From the NCBI GenBank assembly GCA_041650735.1, contig JBAZKP010000001.1, positions 310,754-374,753 on the forward strand: a stretch of DNA of 64,000 bases, in the 5' to 3' direction. Each line of letters begins with the position of its first letter. The stretch's first letter is position 1. Below the pieces are notes generated by a model. The model had not been told where the DNA came from and made no database searches. It was given only the letters and a program-made list of their open reading frames with translations. Shown here piece by piece: positions 1 to 10,500 of the stretch. Made by a program: the position numbers and the translations under genes. Source of the DNA: an archaeon. Lineage in GTDB: Archaea > Iainarchaeota > Iainarchaeia > Iainarchaeales > JAAZKV01.

Positions 1-1
1 T

Positions 2-313
2 TATTCAAAGAAAGAACCTTTAATGATAACCACATTAAAAAAAGTTTCACGGGGAACTGATGGGGGGATAACTCTGCTTGGAGAAATCTCAGCTTTTTTT
101 GGAGGGTTAGTAATTGCAAGCATTTATTTTTTTGTTTACCAAAATTATTATGCAACAATACTTATTTTATTGGCAGGATTAGTAGGTTCTAATGTTGATT
201 CTCTCTTCGGAGCGCTTTTTGAAACAAAAAAAATGATGAACAACACGCAAGTAAACATGATTGGTTCTGCTGCAGGAGCATTGTTCTGCCTGCTGTTAGG
301 CTTATTAATTTAG
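2..313 (+). CDS. DUF92/TMEM19 family membrane protein (5' truncated by window edge)
   Basis: Frame open from nt 2; EPLMITTLKKVSRGTDGGITLLGE and GSNVDSLFGALFE...NNTQVN match remembered DUF92 motifs; hydrophobic. Confidence 0.75.
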   Translation, partial: YSKKEPLMITTLKKVSRGTDGGITLLGEISAFFGGLVIASIYFFVYQNYYATILILLAGLVGSNVDSLFGALFETKKMMNNTQVNMIGSAAGALFCLLLGLLI

Positions 314-343
314 TTAAGCAAGAATTTGTAAGAAAGGGATAGA

Positions 344-853
344 ATGGATTTAATGTTTACAATTATTTTCTTGCTTTATATAGTTCCCTTATACATTGCC
401 AATGCAACACCTATTTTGATTCACGGAAAAATGCCATTGGATTTAAACAAAAAGCTTTTTGGAAAACCTATTTTTGGGAAAGGAAAAACCATAATAGGTA
501 CTGTTTCAGGAATAACAGCGGGCATAATTGCAGGGGCGCTGATAATTATTTTATTTCCTTACTCCCTTTTAGTTATTCCCAATTATTTAGAGCTATCATT
601 TGCACTTGCATTTGGTGCTATTTTTGGGGATTTAGCAAAAAGCTTTTTTAAGAGAAGATTTGGAATAAAAAGTGGGGAAAGATGGGAACTTGCAGATCAA
701 TTGGATTTTATTATAGGGGGAATAATTATAAGCTCTCTATTAAGAGTTCCTGAGTTATGGTTAGTACTTGTTTTGTTAATAGCAACCTTTTTTATTCATA
801 AAGGCTCTAATTGGATAGCACACAAACTAAAACTTAAAAAAGTTCCTTGGTGA
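344..853 (+). CDS. carS: CDP-archaeol synthase (CDP-2,3-bis-(O-geranylgeranyl)-sn-glycerol synthase)
   Basis: YIANATP, PLD, GKGKT, GDLAKSFFKRRFGIKSG and DQLDF motifs of the CarS/DUF46 CTP-transferase family. Confidence 0.85.
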   Translation: MDLMFTIIFLLYIVPLYIANATPILIHGKMPLDLNKKLFGKPIFGKGKTIIGTVSGITAGIIAGALIIILFPYSLLVIPNYLELSFALAFGAIFGDLAKSFFKRRFGIKSGERWELADQLDFIIGGIIISSLLRVPELWLVLVLLIATFFIHKGSNWIAHKLKLKKVPW

Positions 854-857
854 ATAA

Positions 858-1409
858 ATGCGTGGAAAAAAAAAGACAATAAAAATAAAGAATGCAAAGA
901 AAAAACCTTTATTTGTGCATAAAAAGCAACACTTTTTTACAGAAAAAAAGCTTTTATTTTTTGTAGCAAAGTTTTTCATAATATTTGCAGTGCTAAACAT
1001 ATTGATTGAGTTAGCCGACCTTTCTTTTCTTACAAATTTTATAGCCTCTATCTCAGCATCTTTTCTTAATGCACAATATTTGCATAATGTTGTATTCGTA
1101 AAAAGTTTTTTTATAATAACAAATTCCTGCACAGGGTTTGTAAGTGCAAGCATTCTTGCTTCAATAATATTTGCTCTGAGAAAGCCTGCTTTGAAGAAAA
1201 AAATTATTTTATTCCTCTTAGGTACAGCGGTTCTTCTTATAGTGAATATTCCCAGAATAATTTTTGTACTCTATATGTCAAAAATTGGTTTTAATGCTGA
1301 ATTAATGCATGAAATGACTTGGTTTTTAATGAGTGCAATAGTTCTTGCCATCTGGTACTATGGAACAAAAAGAGTTGAAGGAATTAAAGAGTTCAATGAG
1401 CTGCTTTAG
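858..1409 (+). CDS. Archaeosortase/exosortase family membrane transpeptidase
   Basis: Multi-TM protein with ITNSCTG (Cys), VNIPRI (Arg) and LMHE (His) in the family's catalytic order; 4 nt downstream of carS. Confidence 0.75.
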   Translation: MRGKKKTIKIKNAKKKPLFVHKKQHFFTEKKLLFFVAKFFIIFAVLNILIELADLSFLTNFIASISASFLNAQYLHNVVFVKSFFIITNSCTGFVSASILASIIFALRKPALKKKIILFLLGTAVLLIVNIPRIIFVLYMSKIGFNAELMHEMTWFLMSAIVLAIWYYGTKRVEGIKEFNELL

Positions 1410-1428
1410 TTGAAATATTTTTTAGTAA

Positions 1429-3072
1429 TTATTTTTTGCTCTGTTCAGTTTCTTCTTTCTTGTGCACAATCATTTCAACTATTTTGGTAAAAGCAGGTCT
1501 TGTGATTAGTACTCCTATTATGGCCCCGAGAATTGCTACTACTGCAAAACCATATAATCCGCTCAAACCAGGCATTGATTTTGAAAGTAATACTATTGGG
1601 CCCATTACTCCAATCATTGTTATAGCCGAAGTGGTTATGATAAATAATCCCTCTTTGACTCGCTGTAAAAGAGAAAGAGTATCTCTCTTTGTTTTGTTCA
1701 TTAACTCATCCACAATTACAATTTCTGCATTTACTCCGCTTCCTAAAGCCGCAATTAATCCTGCAAAAGCTGCTAAATCAAATGGTTGTCTAAAAATAGG
1801 TAGAGAAAGTATTCCTATTAATATCAATGTTTCAGCTAGAACTGTTGCAAAAATAGGTGCTGTTAAAGGCAAGCTTCTGTATCTAATGAAGATTACTCCT
1901 GCTATTATTATTAATGCAAGTACCCCCATAAAGAAAATATTGTCTAAAAAAGCTTTTCCTAATGAAGCTGAAATAGTTTCTCTTGATATGTTTTTTACCG
2001 GGGTAGGCAAAGAACCAGATTCTAACAAAATAGCAAGTTCTTCCAAATCGGCTCTTGCTTCAGTCAAAACTTCTCTCTGTCCTGAAATTCGTAGTGTTGA
2101 AAATTCTTCTGCGCGAGAAATATCATCAACATTTTCATTTGTTATTCCTTCAGTCAAACTAATTATTTGCTTTGCTCCAGTAGCACTCCAAATCCAAGGA
2201 GTATTTTCTGATTTTTCAACAAAAGATATTTCAAAACCAATTGAATTCAAATCATTAATTATCCCAGAGTCTATGCCTGGAGAAACAATTACTTTTTTGG
2301 TTTTTGAAAGCTCGAAGGCAAGGGCATTTTTATCAATTAAAGAGTTAGAGTCTATTGTTATGACTGATAACATTGAATCTTGTATCAAATCCTCGATTTT
2401 TGTATCTGCGGGAATATTATTGAATCTGTTTCCTTCTAAGAGTAATTGTTCATCTTCGTCATATTGTTCAGTTGAAATAATAATTAATGCATTTGGTCTG
2501 TCAAGGAAGAAAGAGGTTTTCTCGCATTCATATTGAACAACTCCTGTTGAAGAAACCCCTGCAGTACTGCATTGATGGAAAGTTTTTTCCTTAAATCTTT
2601 TTGCTGCAGTTTCGTTTAATACAAATGGCAAGCTCCACTCATAAGCTGTGCCTGCTTTGAATACTCCAAAAGAATTCTCTCCTCTTAAAACTTTTCTTAA
2701 CTCATCCCCTGTAAAAACAATTTCCCCATTTAATGTTGCCTCAAATTTTCCTTGCTGTCTTATTCGGGACTCTATTTTTTCAAGTGCAACAGGGTTAGTT
2801 TCCTCAGTTTGAATTAAGATAAATTTTCCTCCCACTGGAGAAGGAGGAATGCCAAATCCATTAGGATCAATTCTTGCCTGAATTACATTAACTAACCTCG
2901 CCATTTCCTCATCGCTAATTTTTTCCTGTAATTCTACTTGGTAAAGGGTTCCTCCCTTAAAATCAATTCCATATTTTATTCCATAAAAGCCTATTGAAAA
3001 CAAGGATAAAAGAACGAAAGCTATTACTAGGGCGTATTGCCAATTTTTTAAAACATTTCTAACAATACTCAT
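1429..3072 (-). CDS. secD: Protein translocase subunit SecD (archaeal)
   Basis: GIDFKGGT after first TM, LESGSLP motif, six-TM SecD architecture, overlaps secF stop. Confidence 0.9.
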   Translation of the reverse strand: MSIVRNVLKNWQYALVIAFVLLSLFSIGFYGIKYGIDFKGGTLYQVELQEKISDEEMARLVNVIQARIDPNGFGIPPSPVGGKFILIQTEETNPVALEKIESRIRQQGKFEATLNGEIVFTGDELRKVLRGENSFGVFKAGTAYEWSLPFVLNETAAKRFKEKTFHQCSTAGVSSTGVVQYECEKTSFFLDRPNALIIISTEQYDEDEQLLLEGNRFNNIPADTKIEDLIQDSMLSVITIDSNSLIDKNALAFELSKTKKVIVSPGIDSGIINDLNSIGFEISFVEKSENTPWIWSATGAKQIISLTEGITNENVDDISRAEEFSTLRISGQREVLTEARADLEELAILLESGSLPTPVKNISRETISASLGKAFLDNIFFMGVLALIIIAGVIFIRYRSLPLTAPIFATVLAETLILIGILSLPIFRQPFDLAAFAGLIAALGSGVNAEIVIVDELMNKTKRDTLSLLQRVKEGLFIITTSAITMIGVMGPIVLLSKSMPGLSGLYGFAVVAILGAIIGVLITRPAFTKIVEMIVHKKEETEQSKK

Positions 3073-4139
3073 TTTTTCGCCTTCTCAGTAAACCATATTA
3101 ATAATGATGCGTTCATAAGCCAAGTAGCAATTAAATCGCCCACTAAACCAAAACATAAAATTGCTGCGATTTGGAAAACAACTTCGATTTGGAAAAGAAC
3201 TGAAATAACAATCATTGCTATTAATGCGGAAAGAGTTGTCGCATTCATGGTTAACCCCGTTTTTAGCGCAGAAAAGGTTCTTGAACTTGGGGTTCCGTCC
3301 TTTTCTTTAAGCACTTTTGAGGTAAGCATAATGTTTGTATCAACAGAAGAAGCAACAACCATTAACAATGCTGAAATCGTCAAAAGAGACAAAGGTATTT
3401 GGAGGAAAACCATTCCTGTCATTGCCATTAATACATCAAAAATCATTGCGCAAATTATGCCTAACACAGGGATAGTTTGGCGGAAAAAGATAAAAATAAT
3501 TATGATTAAACAAACCGCTGCCCAGAAAGCAATAACCATTCCTGATGAAAAAGCAGCTTTCCCAAATGTTGCAGAAATACTTCTGTGTTGAAACTCAACA
3601 TTTTCTCCAAGATCAAGTTTCTTAACAAGCACTTCTTTTAATTTATTTGAAAACTCCTCATTAAATTTAATCAAAGCATTTTGAGCTTCAGTTAGCGCAA
3701 CCTTTGCATTTGTGAAATTTTTGTCTTCTGAAGAAAGCAACTTAATTGCTTGGATTGAAAACTGAATGGATTCTTGCTCTTTTTTTTGCATTTCAGACTC
3801 GGAAGCATTATTGTCAGTTAAAGCTGTTTGGGCTTTTTCAATCAGTACTTCTGCTTCCAAAGCTTTTTCATCTTTATTATATTTTATGTAAGCGCCGTGA
3901 CTAGTTGGGGAGTTAATTGTGGATACATCAACAGGCATCCCAAATTCTGTTTCAATAATAGAAGTAACTTCTTGAGTAGATACTTCTTTGTCAAAACGAA
4001 TAATCAAAACATTTCCTCCTGTAATATCAATCCCTTGTTGGATTCCTGGGGAAATAAATACAAAAAACAGTAAAGGAATAGCAAGTATTAATGGAATAAA
4101 CACTACTTTTTTGTAGTTGTTTTTGTAAAAATCCTGCAT
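3069..4139 (-). CDS. secF: Protein translocase subunit SecF (archaeal)
   Basis: GIDITGG, ISATFG, SVDTNIMLT, GLVGDLIATWLMNA motifs; ATG at 4139 preferred over ORF-track start 4175. Confidence 0.9.
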   Translation of the reverse strand: MQDFYKNNYKKVVFIPLILAIPLLFFVFISPGIQQGIDITGGNVLIIRFDKEVSTQEVTSIIETEFGMPVDVSTINSPTSHGAYIKYNKDEKALEAEVLIEKAQTALTDNNASESEMQKKEQESIQFSIQAIKLLSSEDKNFTNAKVALTEAQNALIKFNEEFSNKLKEVLVKKLDLGENVEFQHRSISATFGKAAFSSGMVIAFWAAVCLIIIIFIFFRQTIPVLGIICAMIFDVLMAMTGMVFLQIPLSLLTISALLMVVASSVDTNIMLTSKVLKEKDGTPSSRTFSALKTGLTMNATTLSALIAMIVISVLFQIEVVFQIAAILCFGLVGDLIATWLMNASLLIWFTEKAKK

Positions 4140-4243
4140 AAAAAAACCTTTTTGCTTAGTAATAAATAAATTCAAAACAATTAAAAATGGTCCTAATTGC
4201 TTTGTCGTACCAATTAAAAAAGCTGTTAAACTGTAAATATGTT

Positions 4244-4669
4244 ATGAATACGAGAAAAAAAATGACTATTGCTCAAAGGTACAATGTGTATAAGTTTGTT
4301 CTTAGTGGATTGGTTGATACAGAGGCAGAAAAACAAGCAGGAGAAAGAGCAATAGCAAAATCAATCGCAAGGCACAGGGCAAAAATCAGAAAAATTGAGG
4401 AAAAAGCTGCAAGGAAAATGAAAATTGCTACTGAAAAAAAAATTCTTGTAAATATGCGAAAAGGAACAGCATTTAAAGACTCTGTGAAAACATTATTTAT
4501 TTCCTCCGCGAGAAGACTCTTAAAAGGAGGGATTGCTGCAGAAATTGCAAAAAAAGATTTGGAAGCATTTAAGAAAAAATATATTGAAAATCCAAACAAG
4601 GAAATAAGCAGATTAGCAATAAAAATAGTGGCGGAAATAAAGCAAGAAGCAAAAGAGGGAAAAAAATGA
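4244..4669 (+). CDS. Hypothetical basic helical protein
   Basis: Lys/Ala-rich ORF, stop overlaps the GTPase ATG (ATGA coupling); ATG at 4244 chosen. Confidence 0.55.
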   Translation: MNTRKKMTIAQRYNVYKFVLSGLVDTEAEKQAGERAIAKSIARHRAKIRKIEEKAARKMKIATEKKILVNMRKGTAFKDSVKTLFISSARRLLKGGIAAEIAKKDLEAFKKKYIENPNKEISRLAIKIVAEIKQEAKEGKK

Positions 4670-5652
4670 GTATTAATTTTATTGAAACGCCGCAAGTTCT
4701 ACTTGATGCTGCACTAACAAGAGGAAGAAAAGCTTCTTCAGAGTACCCAAAGCAAAAAACAATTTTTTATACAATAAAGGGAAAAGAAATTGCTAAAATA
4801 GATGCTTCAGCAAATTATCTTGAAGAAAAATTATTCAAAGCAGCACAACAAATGCCTAACTTTGACAGGCTTGAACCATTTTACTATGATTTGTATGAGT
4901 GCATACTTGACCTTGATGAAATGAAAAAAAACCTTTCAAGCATTTCCTCGGTTGCCCGATTGGTTAAAAAAATCAGGAGAGAAGCAATAGTTAGGTTAAA
5001 GGAAATGCGATACGGGGAAGGGATGGAAAAATATGCCAAAGCAATAACAGGGGCTTATATAGGGCGACTTGCTTCCTTGCTCAAAGGGTTAACAAAGAAA
5101 ATTGATTATTACAATGATGTTGCAAAAAAATTGCGTGAATTGCCAAGCATTAAAACACAGGAAGAATGCATAATGTTAGCAGGATTTCCAAATGTTGGGA
5201 AAAGCACTTTGCTTAAAAAAATAACTGAATCAAAGCCTGAAATAGCAAATTATCCTTTTACTACAAAAGGACTAAATGTAGGGTTATTTCATGTACGCTA
5301 TGTTCCAATACAAGTAATTGATACTCCTGGATTACTGGATAGGCCTTTGTCGGAGAGAAACAAAATAGAATTAAAAGCAATAACAGCTTTGCAGCATTTG
5401 AAAGGAATTATTGTGTTTGTTATTGACCCGACCTACGATATGGATAAACAAGAAAACTTATTTGCGGAAACAAAAAAACTTTTTTCAAAACACAAATTTT
5501 TAATAGCAATCACGAAATCCGATTTGGCAAAAGAGGAGCAAATTGAAGAGGCAAAAAAAGTATTCAAAGGATATGAAATTATTGTGGAAGGAAACAACCT
5601 GAATTCACTTAAAGAGTATCTTATTGGCAAAGGAACTCATTTGTTTTCCTGA
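4666..5652 (+). CDS. NOG1-family GTP-binding protein
   Basis: GFPNVGKST (G1), YPFTTK (G2), DTPGLLDRP (G3), TKSD (G4) with NOG1-type N-terminal helical domain. Confidence 0.9.
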   Translation: MSINFIETPQVLLDAALTRGRKASSEYPKQKTIFYTIKGKEIAKIDASANYLEEKLFKAAQQMPNFDRLEPFYYDLYECILDLDEMKKNLSSISSVARLVKKIRREAIVRLKEMRYGEGMEKYAKAITGAYIGRLASLLKGLTKKIDYYNDVAKKLRELPSIKTQEECIMLAGFPNVGKSTLLKKITESKPEIANYPFTTKGLNVGLFHVRYVPIQVIDTPGLLDRPLSERNKIELKAITALQHLKGIIVFVIDPTYDMDKQENLFAETKKLFSKHKFLIAITKSDLAKEEQIEEAKKVFKGYEIIVEGNNLNSLKEYLIGKGTHLFS

Positions 5653-5747
5653 AAATCTACCTACTTTAAAAAGCTTTTTTAGCTTTATTCCTTCTATTGG
5701 CTACGCGAATTTTAATTGATTTGTTCGCATAATTGCTAGGTGATTCT

Positions 5748-5990
5748 ATGAATGACGAAATTCAGCAAATAATGCAAGAAATACTTGCTGATAGAGCCGT
5801 TCCGAGAAACATTAGGGCGAAAGTTGATGAAGCATTGGCAAAAGTAAAAAGAGGGGATGTCACTGCTTTAAGTGAAGCAATCTACTTTTTGGATGACATA
5901 AGTAATGATGTCAATATGCCTGATCATACAAGAACAGATTTATGGCATGTGATTTCTCTGATAGAAGCAGAGAAAGAAAGAATGAAGTAG
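5748..5990 (+). CDS. UPF0147 family protein
   Basis: DRAVPRNIR and LDDISNDVNMPDHTRTDLW pattern typical of archaeal UPF0147; GGTGA SD upstream. Confidence 0.8.
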   Translation: MNDEIQQIMQEILADRAVPRNIRAKVDEALAKVKRGDVTALSEAIYFLDDISNDVNMPDHTRTDLWHVISLIEAEKERMK

Positions 5991-6059
5991 AAAGCAGAGC
6001 TAATCAACAAAAAACAAATCTAATTCTTTTCGGTGCCAAAAAAATAAGTAAGTGATTTA

Positions 6060-7586
6060 ATGGCAGAAACTTTTGAACAAGAAATACTTTCTTTTGCAGA
6101 ACAAACAGGGTTAATGCTTTCAAAAGAATCAATAAACCTTTTGGCTAAAAATGATTCCTGGAAAAAAATACTTGAAGAACTTGCGGAAGAAGGCCATTTT
6201 TTTGTAGAACCTAGTGCACTTGAAAAAAAACTTGCAAGAACAAAATTATCACAGATAGTAGAGGAAGTTGAGGTCAGAAAAGCTTCTTTTATGGCACAGG
6301 CGCGAGACAGAGCGCCCAATTTTCGTGTAATGACAGAATATGATGTTACTGGGCAAAGTAGTTCGGAAGGAAAAGTTGCTGATTTTTTAAGATTATTCAG
6401 GAGTAAGTTTGAGTTATTATCAAACATGCTAAAAACAAGGCATAATATGACTCCAATTCCAATAAAAAATCTTGCGACTGTGCGTGATAGAGAAAAAGTT
6501 GATGTAATAGGAATGGTTAACAAGAAATGGATTACAAAAAAAGGGCACACTGCATTTGAGATAGAGGATATGGAATCAAAATGTATTGCTTTAGTAATGG
6601 AGAAAGAAAAAGAAACAGTACAGAAAGCGGAGCATATCCTTGAGGATAATGTTGTTGGAATAAAAGGAACTAAATGGGGAAAAGATTTTATTATAATTAA
6701 AGAAGTTTTTTGGCCTGATATGCCAATAAGGACAGCAAAATTAATCAATGAGGATGTTTTAATTGGAGGGATAACTGATTTGCATATTGGGAGCAAATTA
6801 TTTTATGAAGAGCAATTCAAAAAACTCTTGGATTATATTAATGGTAAAGGGTTAAGTGAAAAACAACAAGAAAGAGTTGGAAAAATACAATACTTATTTG
6901 TAACAGGGGACAATGTAGCAGGGATAGGAGTTTATCCTGGGCAATTAGACGATTTAATAATAAAAGATGTTTATGAACAATACGCAAAATTTGAGGAATT
7001 AATGCTCCAAATTCCTGAATATATACATGTGTTTGTTTGTCCTGGGCAGCATGATGCAGTAAGAAGAGCAGAGCCCCAACCAGGAATTGCAAAAGAATTT
7101 GTTCCGCGCTTGTCAAAATTAAGAAATTTTCATTTCATCTCCTCCCCTTCCTGGGTGGAAACAGAGGGGCTGAAGAATCTTATTTACCACGGAGCAAGTG
7201 TTCATGACCTAATTAGTTCAGTGAGTTTTCTTGAAATGACAAAACCACAAGACGGAATGGTTGAGTTATTAAAAAAACGTGACCTAATGCCAAAATATGG
7301 GGGCAAGAACCCTTATGTTCCTGAAGGAAAAGATTATATGGTGGTAAAGGAAGAACCGGATCTTGTATGGATAGGGGATATGCATCATAAAGGATATGCA
7401 ACTTACAGGGGGACAACAGTAATTAATTCAGGGTGTTGGGAAGCTCAAACGGATTTTCAGAAAAAAATAGGGCACATTCCAACTCCGTGTGTATTTCCAA
7501 TAATTAATTTGAAAAACAGGCAAATAACTGAAGTGCATTTTTCAAAAGAAACCGTGGAAAGAGATGTTACTGAAGGGATGCAGTGA
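6060..7586 (+). CDS. polB: DNA polymerase D small (proofreading exonuclease) subunit DP1
   Basis: OB fold then calcineurin-like phosphoesterase motifs DLHIGS, GDNVAG, PGQHD, YHG, GDMHH, NSGCW. Confidence 0.92.
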   Translation: MAETFEQEILSFAEQTGLMLSKESINLLAKNDSWKKILEELAEEGHFFVEPSALEKKLARTKLSQIVEEVEVRKASFMAQARDRAPNFRVMTEYDVTGQSSSEGKVADFLRLFRSKFELLSNMLKTRHNMTPIPIKNLATVRDREKVDVIGMVNKKWITKKGHTAFEIEDMESKCIALVMEKEKETVQKAEHILEDNVVGIKGTKWGKDFIIIKEVFWPDMPIRTAKLINEDVLIGGITDLHIGSKLFYEEQFKKLLDYINGKGLSEKQQERVGKIQYLFVTGDNVAGIGVYPGQLDDLIIKDVYEQYAKFEELMLQIPEYIHVFVCPGQHDAVRRAEPQPGIAKEFVPRLSKLRNFHFISSPSWVETEGLKNLIYHGASVHDLISSVSFLEMTKPQDGMVELLKKRDLMPKYGGKNPYVPEGKDYMVVKEEPDLVWIGDMHHKGYATYRGTTVINSGCWEAQTDFQKKIGHIPTPCVFPIINLKNRQITEVHFSKETVERDVTEGMQ

Positions 7587-10500
7587 TTTTTATGGATAAA
7601 GAAATCAAAAAACAAGAAACCCAAAATGTTGGACAAGTTTTGGGTTCTTTACAAGAAAAAAAATTTGATACCCCCTTTACTGAAGAGGAAAAGAAAAGAC
7701 AAAGTACTGTAAAAAAACTTTCCTCTGCTGAAATGATTTCACAAGAAATTCATTTTCCTGCCGAACCACAGGTAAAAGAGTATTTTAAAATTATTCAAAA
7801 AGAAACAAGCAAGGTATTTTCACTTGCAGAGAAAGCAAAAAAAACAGGTTGTGATTTAACTGATTTTGTTGAAGTAACTCCAGCTGTTGATCTTGCAGAT
7901 AGAACTGAAATAATTATTGGTTTGCCGGGTCTTGCAAAAAGATTCAGGGAAATTTTTGCTGAAGCAAAAGACAGAAGAAAAGCATATTTTATTTTGTTTA
8001 GAGAAATTTTGGAACAAAAATGGTGGAAAATTCCTGATGATGCTAAGAGAATTGAAACAGCAATAAAAGCATGTTTGTTAATTGAAACGGAAGGAGTTGT
8101 TGTAGCACCACTTGATGGAGTGCCAAAAGTAGAGATTAACACTAACCCTGATGGGTCAAAATATGTTGATATTTATTTTGCTGGCCCAATAAGAGCGGCA
8201 GGAGGTTCATCAACAGTTGTGCCATTGCTTCTTGCAGATTATGGAAGAACACTAATGGGGCTAGACAGATACAAACCTACCCAAGATGAATTGGAAAGAT
8301 ATGTTGAGGAAATAGGAATATACCAAACAGAGGTTATCTCAAGACAATACACAATGAAGGATGAGGAAATAAGAATCATAATAACTGGTTGCCCGGTATG
8401 CATTAATGGTGTGCCAACAGAAGAAGTAGAGGTATCAGCACACAGAGACCTTGCAAGAGTGCCAACCAACAGAATACGAGGCGGAATGGGGCTTGTTGTA
8501 GCAGAAGGATTAGCACTCAAAGCACTATGGGTAATGAAGACAGCAAAAGAGCATGGATTAAACTGGGACTTTTTAGAAAAAATAGTTAAAGTGGAAAAAA
8601 CTCAGACAAAAATTGAAATAAAACCAAACAAAGCATTTCTTGACAGACTAGCTGCAGGAAGACCAATACTTGCTTATCCAAGTGCGTGGGGTGGATTCAG
8701 ATTACGTTATGGAAGGGGGAGAAACACTGGAATAATGGCAAAAGCAATTAATCCCGCAACAATGATTTTGGTTGATGAATTTATTGCCGTAGGCACACAC
8801 GGAAGAATAGAACGACCTGGAAAAGCAACACAATTTTTTCCCTGCACAACAATTGAGGGGCCCGTGGTTTTATTAAAAGACGGAACGGTAATGCGAGTCA
8901 ATACAAGAGAAGAAGCTGAAACTGTAAAAGCACAATTAGAAAAAATAATTTACTTAGGAGATTTGCTTGCAACATTTGGAGATTTCAAAAAAAGTGCCCA
9001 CCCATTAATTCCAGTTGGTTACTGTGAAGAATGGTGGCAACTTGAACTCAAAAAAATGTGCGAAGAAGAATCAAAGAAAAATAAACTCAAATCACTTGGG
9101 CTCGAGAATATTCTTATTGTGCGTATTGGGGAGGTAAGAAAAATTTCTGAAAAAGATGCATTAATACTTAGTCATGAACTTAATCTTCCATTACACCCTA
9201 ATTTTATTCACTTTTATAAAGCGTTAAACAAAAAAGAAATAGTAATGCTCCGTGAATATTTACTTACAGCAAAAATAGAAAAAAATTCTGACAATTTAGT
9301 AAAATTAATTGCTGAAAACAAACACGAAGAAAAAAAGTTGCTTGAACGAATTGGACTCCCTCACAAGATTCAAGAAGGATTTATTGTTATTGATGAAAAT
9401 GCTTTAAGTTTAATAGAAACATTTGCACTTGAAACAAAAAAGCAAAGCACCAGTGAAAATGTCCTTGACTATTTATCAGAAATTTCTGGAATTACAATAA
9501 AGGACAAAGCAGGTTCGTTCATTGGTGGAAGAATGGGCAGGCCAGAGCAGGCAAAGCCAAGACAAATGAAAGGAAATCCACATGTATTATTTCCGATAGG
9601 ATTGAAAGGGGGGAGCACAAGAAGCATAAACAAAGCGATTGATGAGAATTACAATGAAAGCGGAAAAGTAAATGTTGAAATAGCTGAATATTACTGTGCT
9701 CAGTGCAAAAAAATTTCCACAAATCATTTATGCACAACATGCAATATTATTGGGGCAAGGCTGAATTTTTGCAAACATTGCGGCAAATCAGTTACCGGAG
9801 AAAACTGTGGGATATGTGGAAACAAAACAGTTCGTGCAGGTGAACATGAAGTTGATTTGCGTACATTAGTTGAAAAAGCCCAGAAAAATATTTTCGAACC
9901 CGTGCTCTCTGATACAATTAAGGGCGTAAAAGGAATGATTGCTGAAGTAAAAGAAGTTGAGCCGCTTGAAAAAGGAATTCTCCGAGCAAAACACGATATA
10001 CATATGTTCCGTGATGGCACCTCAAGGTTTGAACTGCTTAATGCAGGAATAACTCATTTCAAGCCAACCGAAATAAATCTCAGCGTTGAAAAAGTAAAAG
10101 AGCTTGGCTATGTAAAAGATATTTATGGGAAAGAAATAACTGATACAAATCAAATGATTGAAATTTATCCTCAAGACATTGTTGTAAATGAAACGTGTGG
10201 TGACTGGCTCCTCAAAGTAAGCAGATTTTGTGATGATTTACTTGAAAAATTTTATAAGCAAAAAAGATTTTACAATGCAAAAACAAAAGAAGATTTAATA
10301 GGACACATAGTTTTAGGTCTTGCTCCACACACCTCCGCAGCAGTAAATTCAAGAATATTAGGGTACACAAAAGCACGCCTTGGCTTCGGTCACCCATATT
10401 TTGTATGCGCAAAGAGAAGAAACATTGATGGAGACCAGGATTCACTTCTACTCTTAATGGATGCACTGCTTAATTTTTCACAAAAATATTTATCGACAAA

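Noticed and set aside
1436-2536. 366-aa plus-strand ORF and similar long antisense ORFs (6020-6796, 31181-31747, 29719-30237)
   Set aside because: Shadows of well-supported genes on the opposite strand, with Ser/Ile/Phe-biased composition and no motifs
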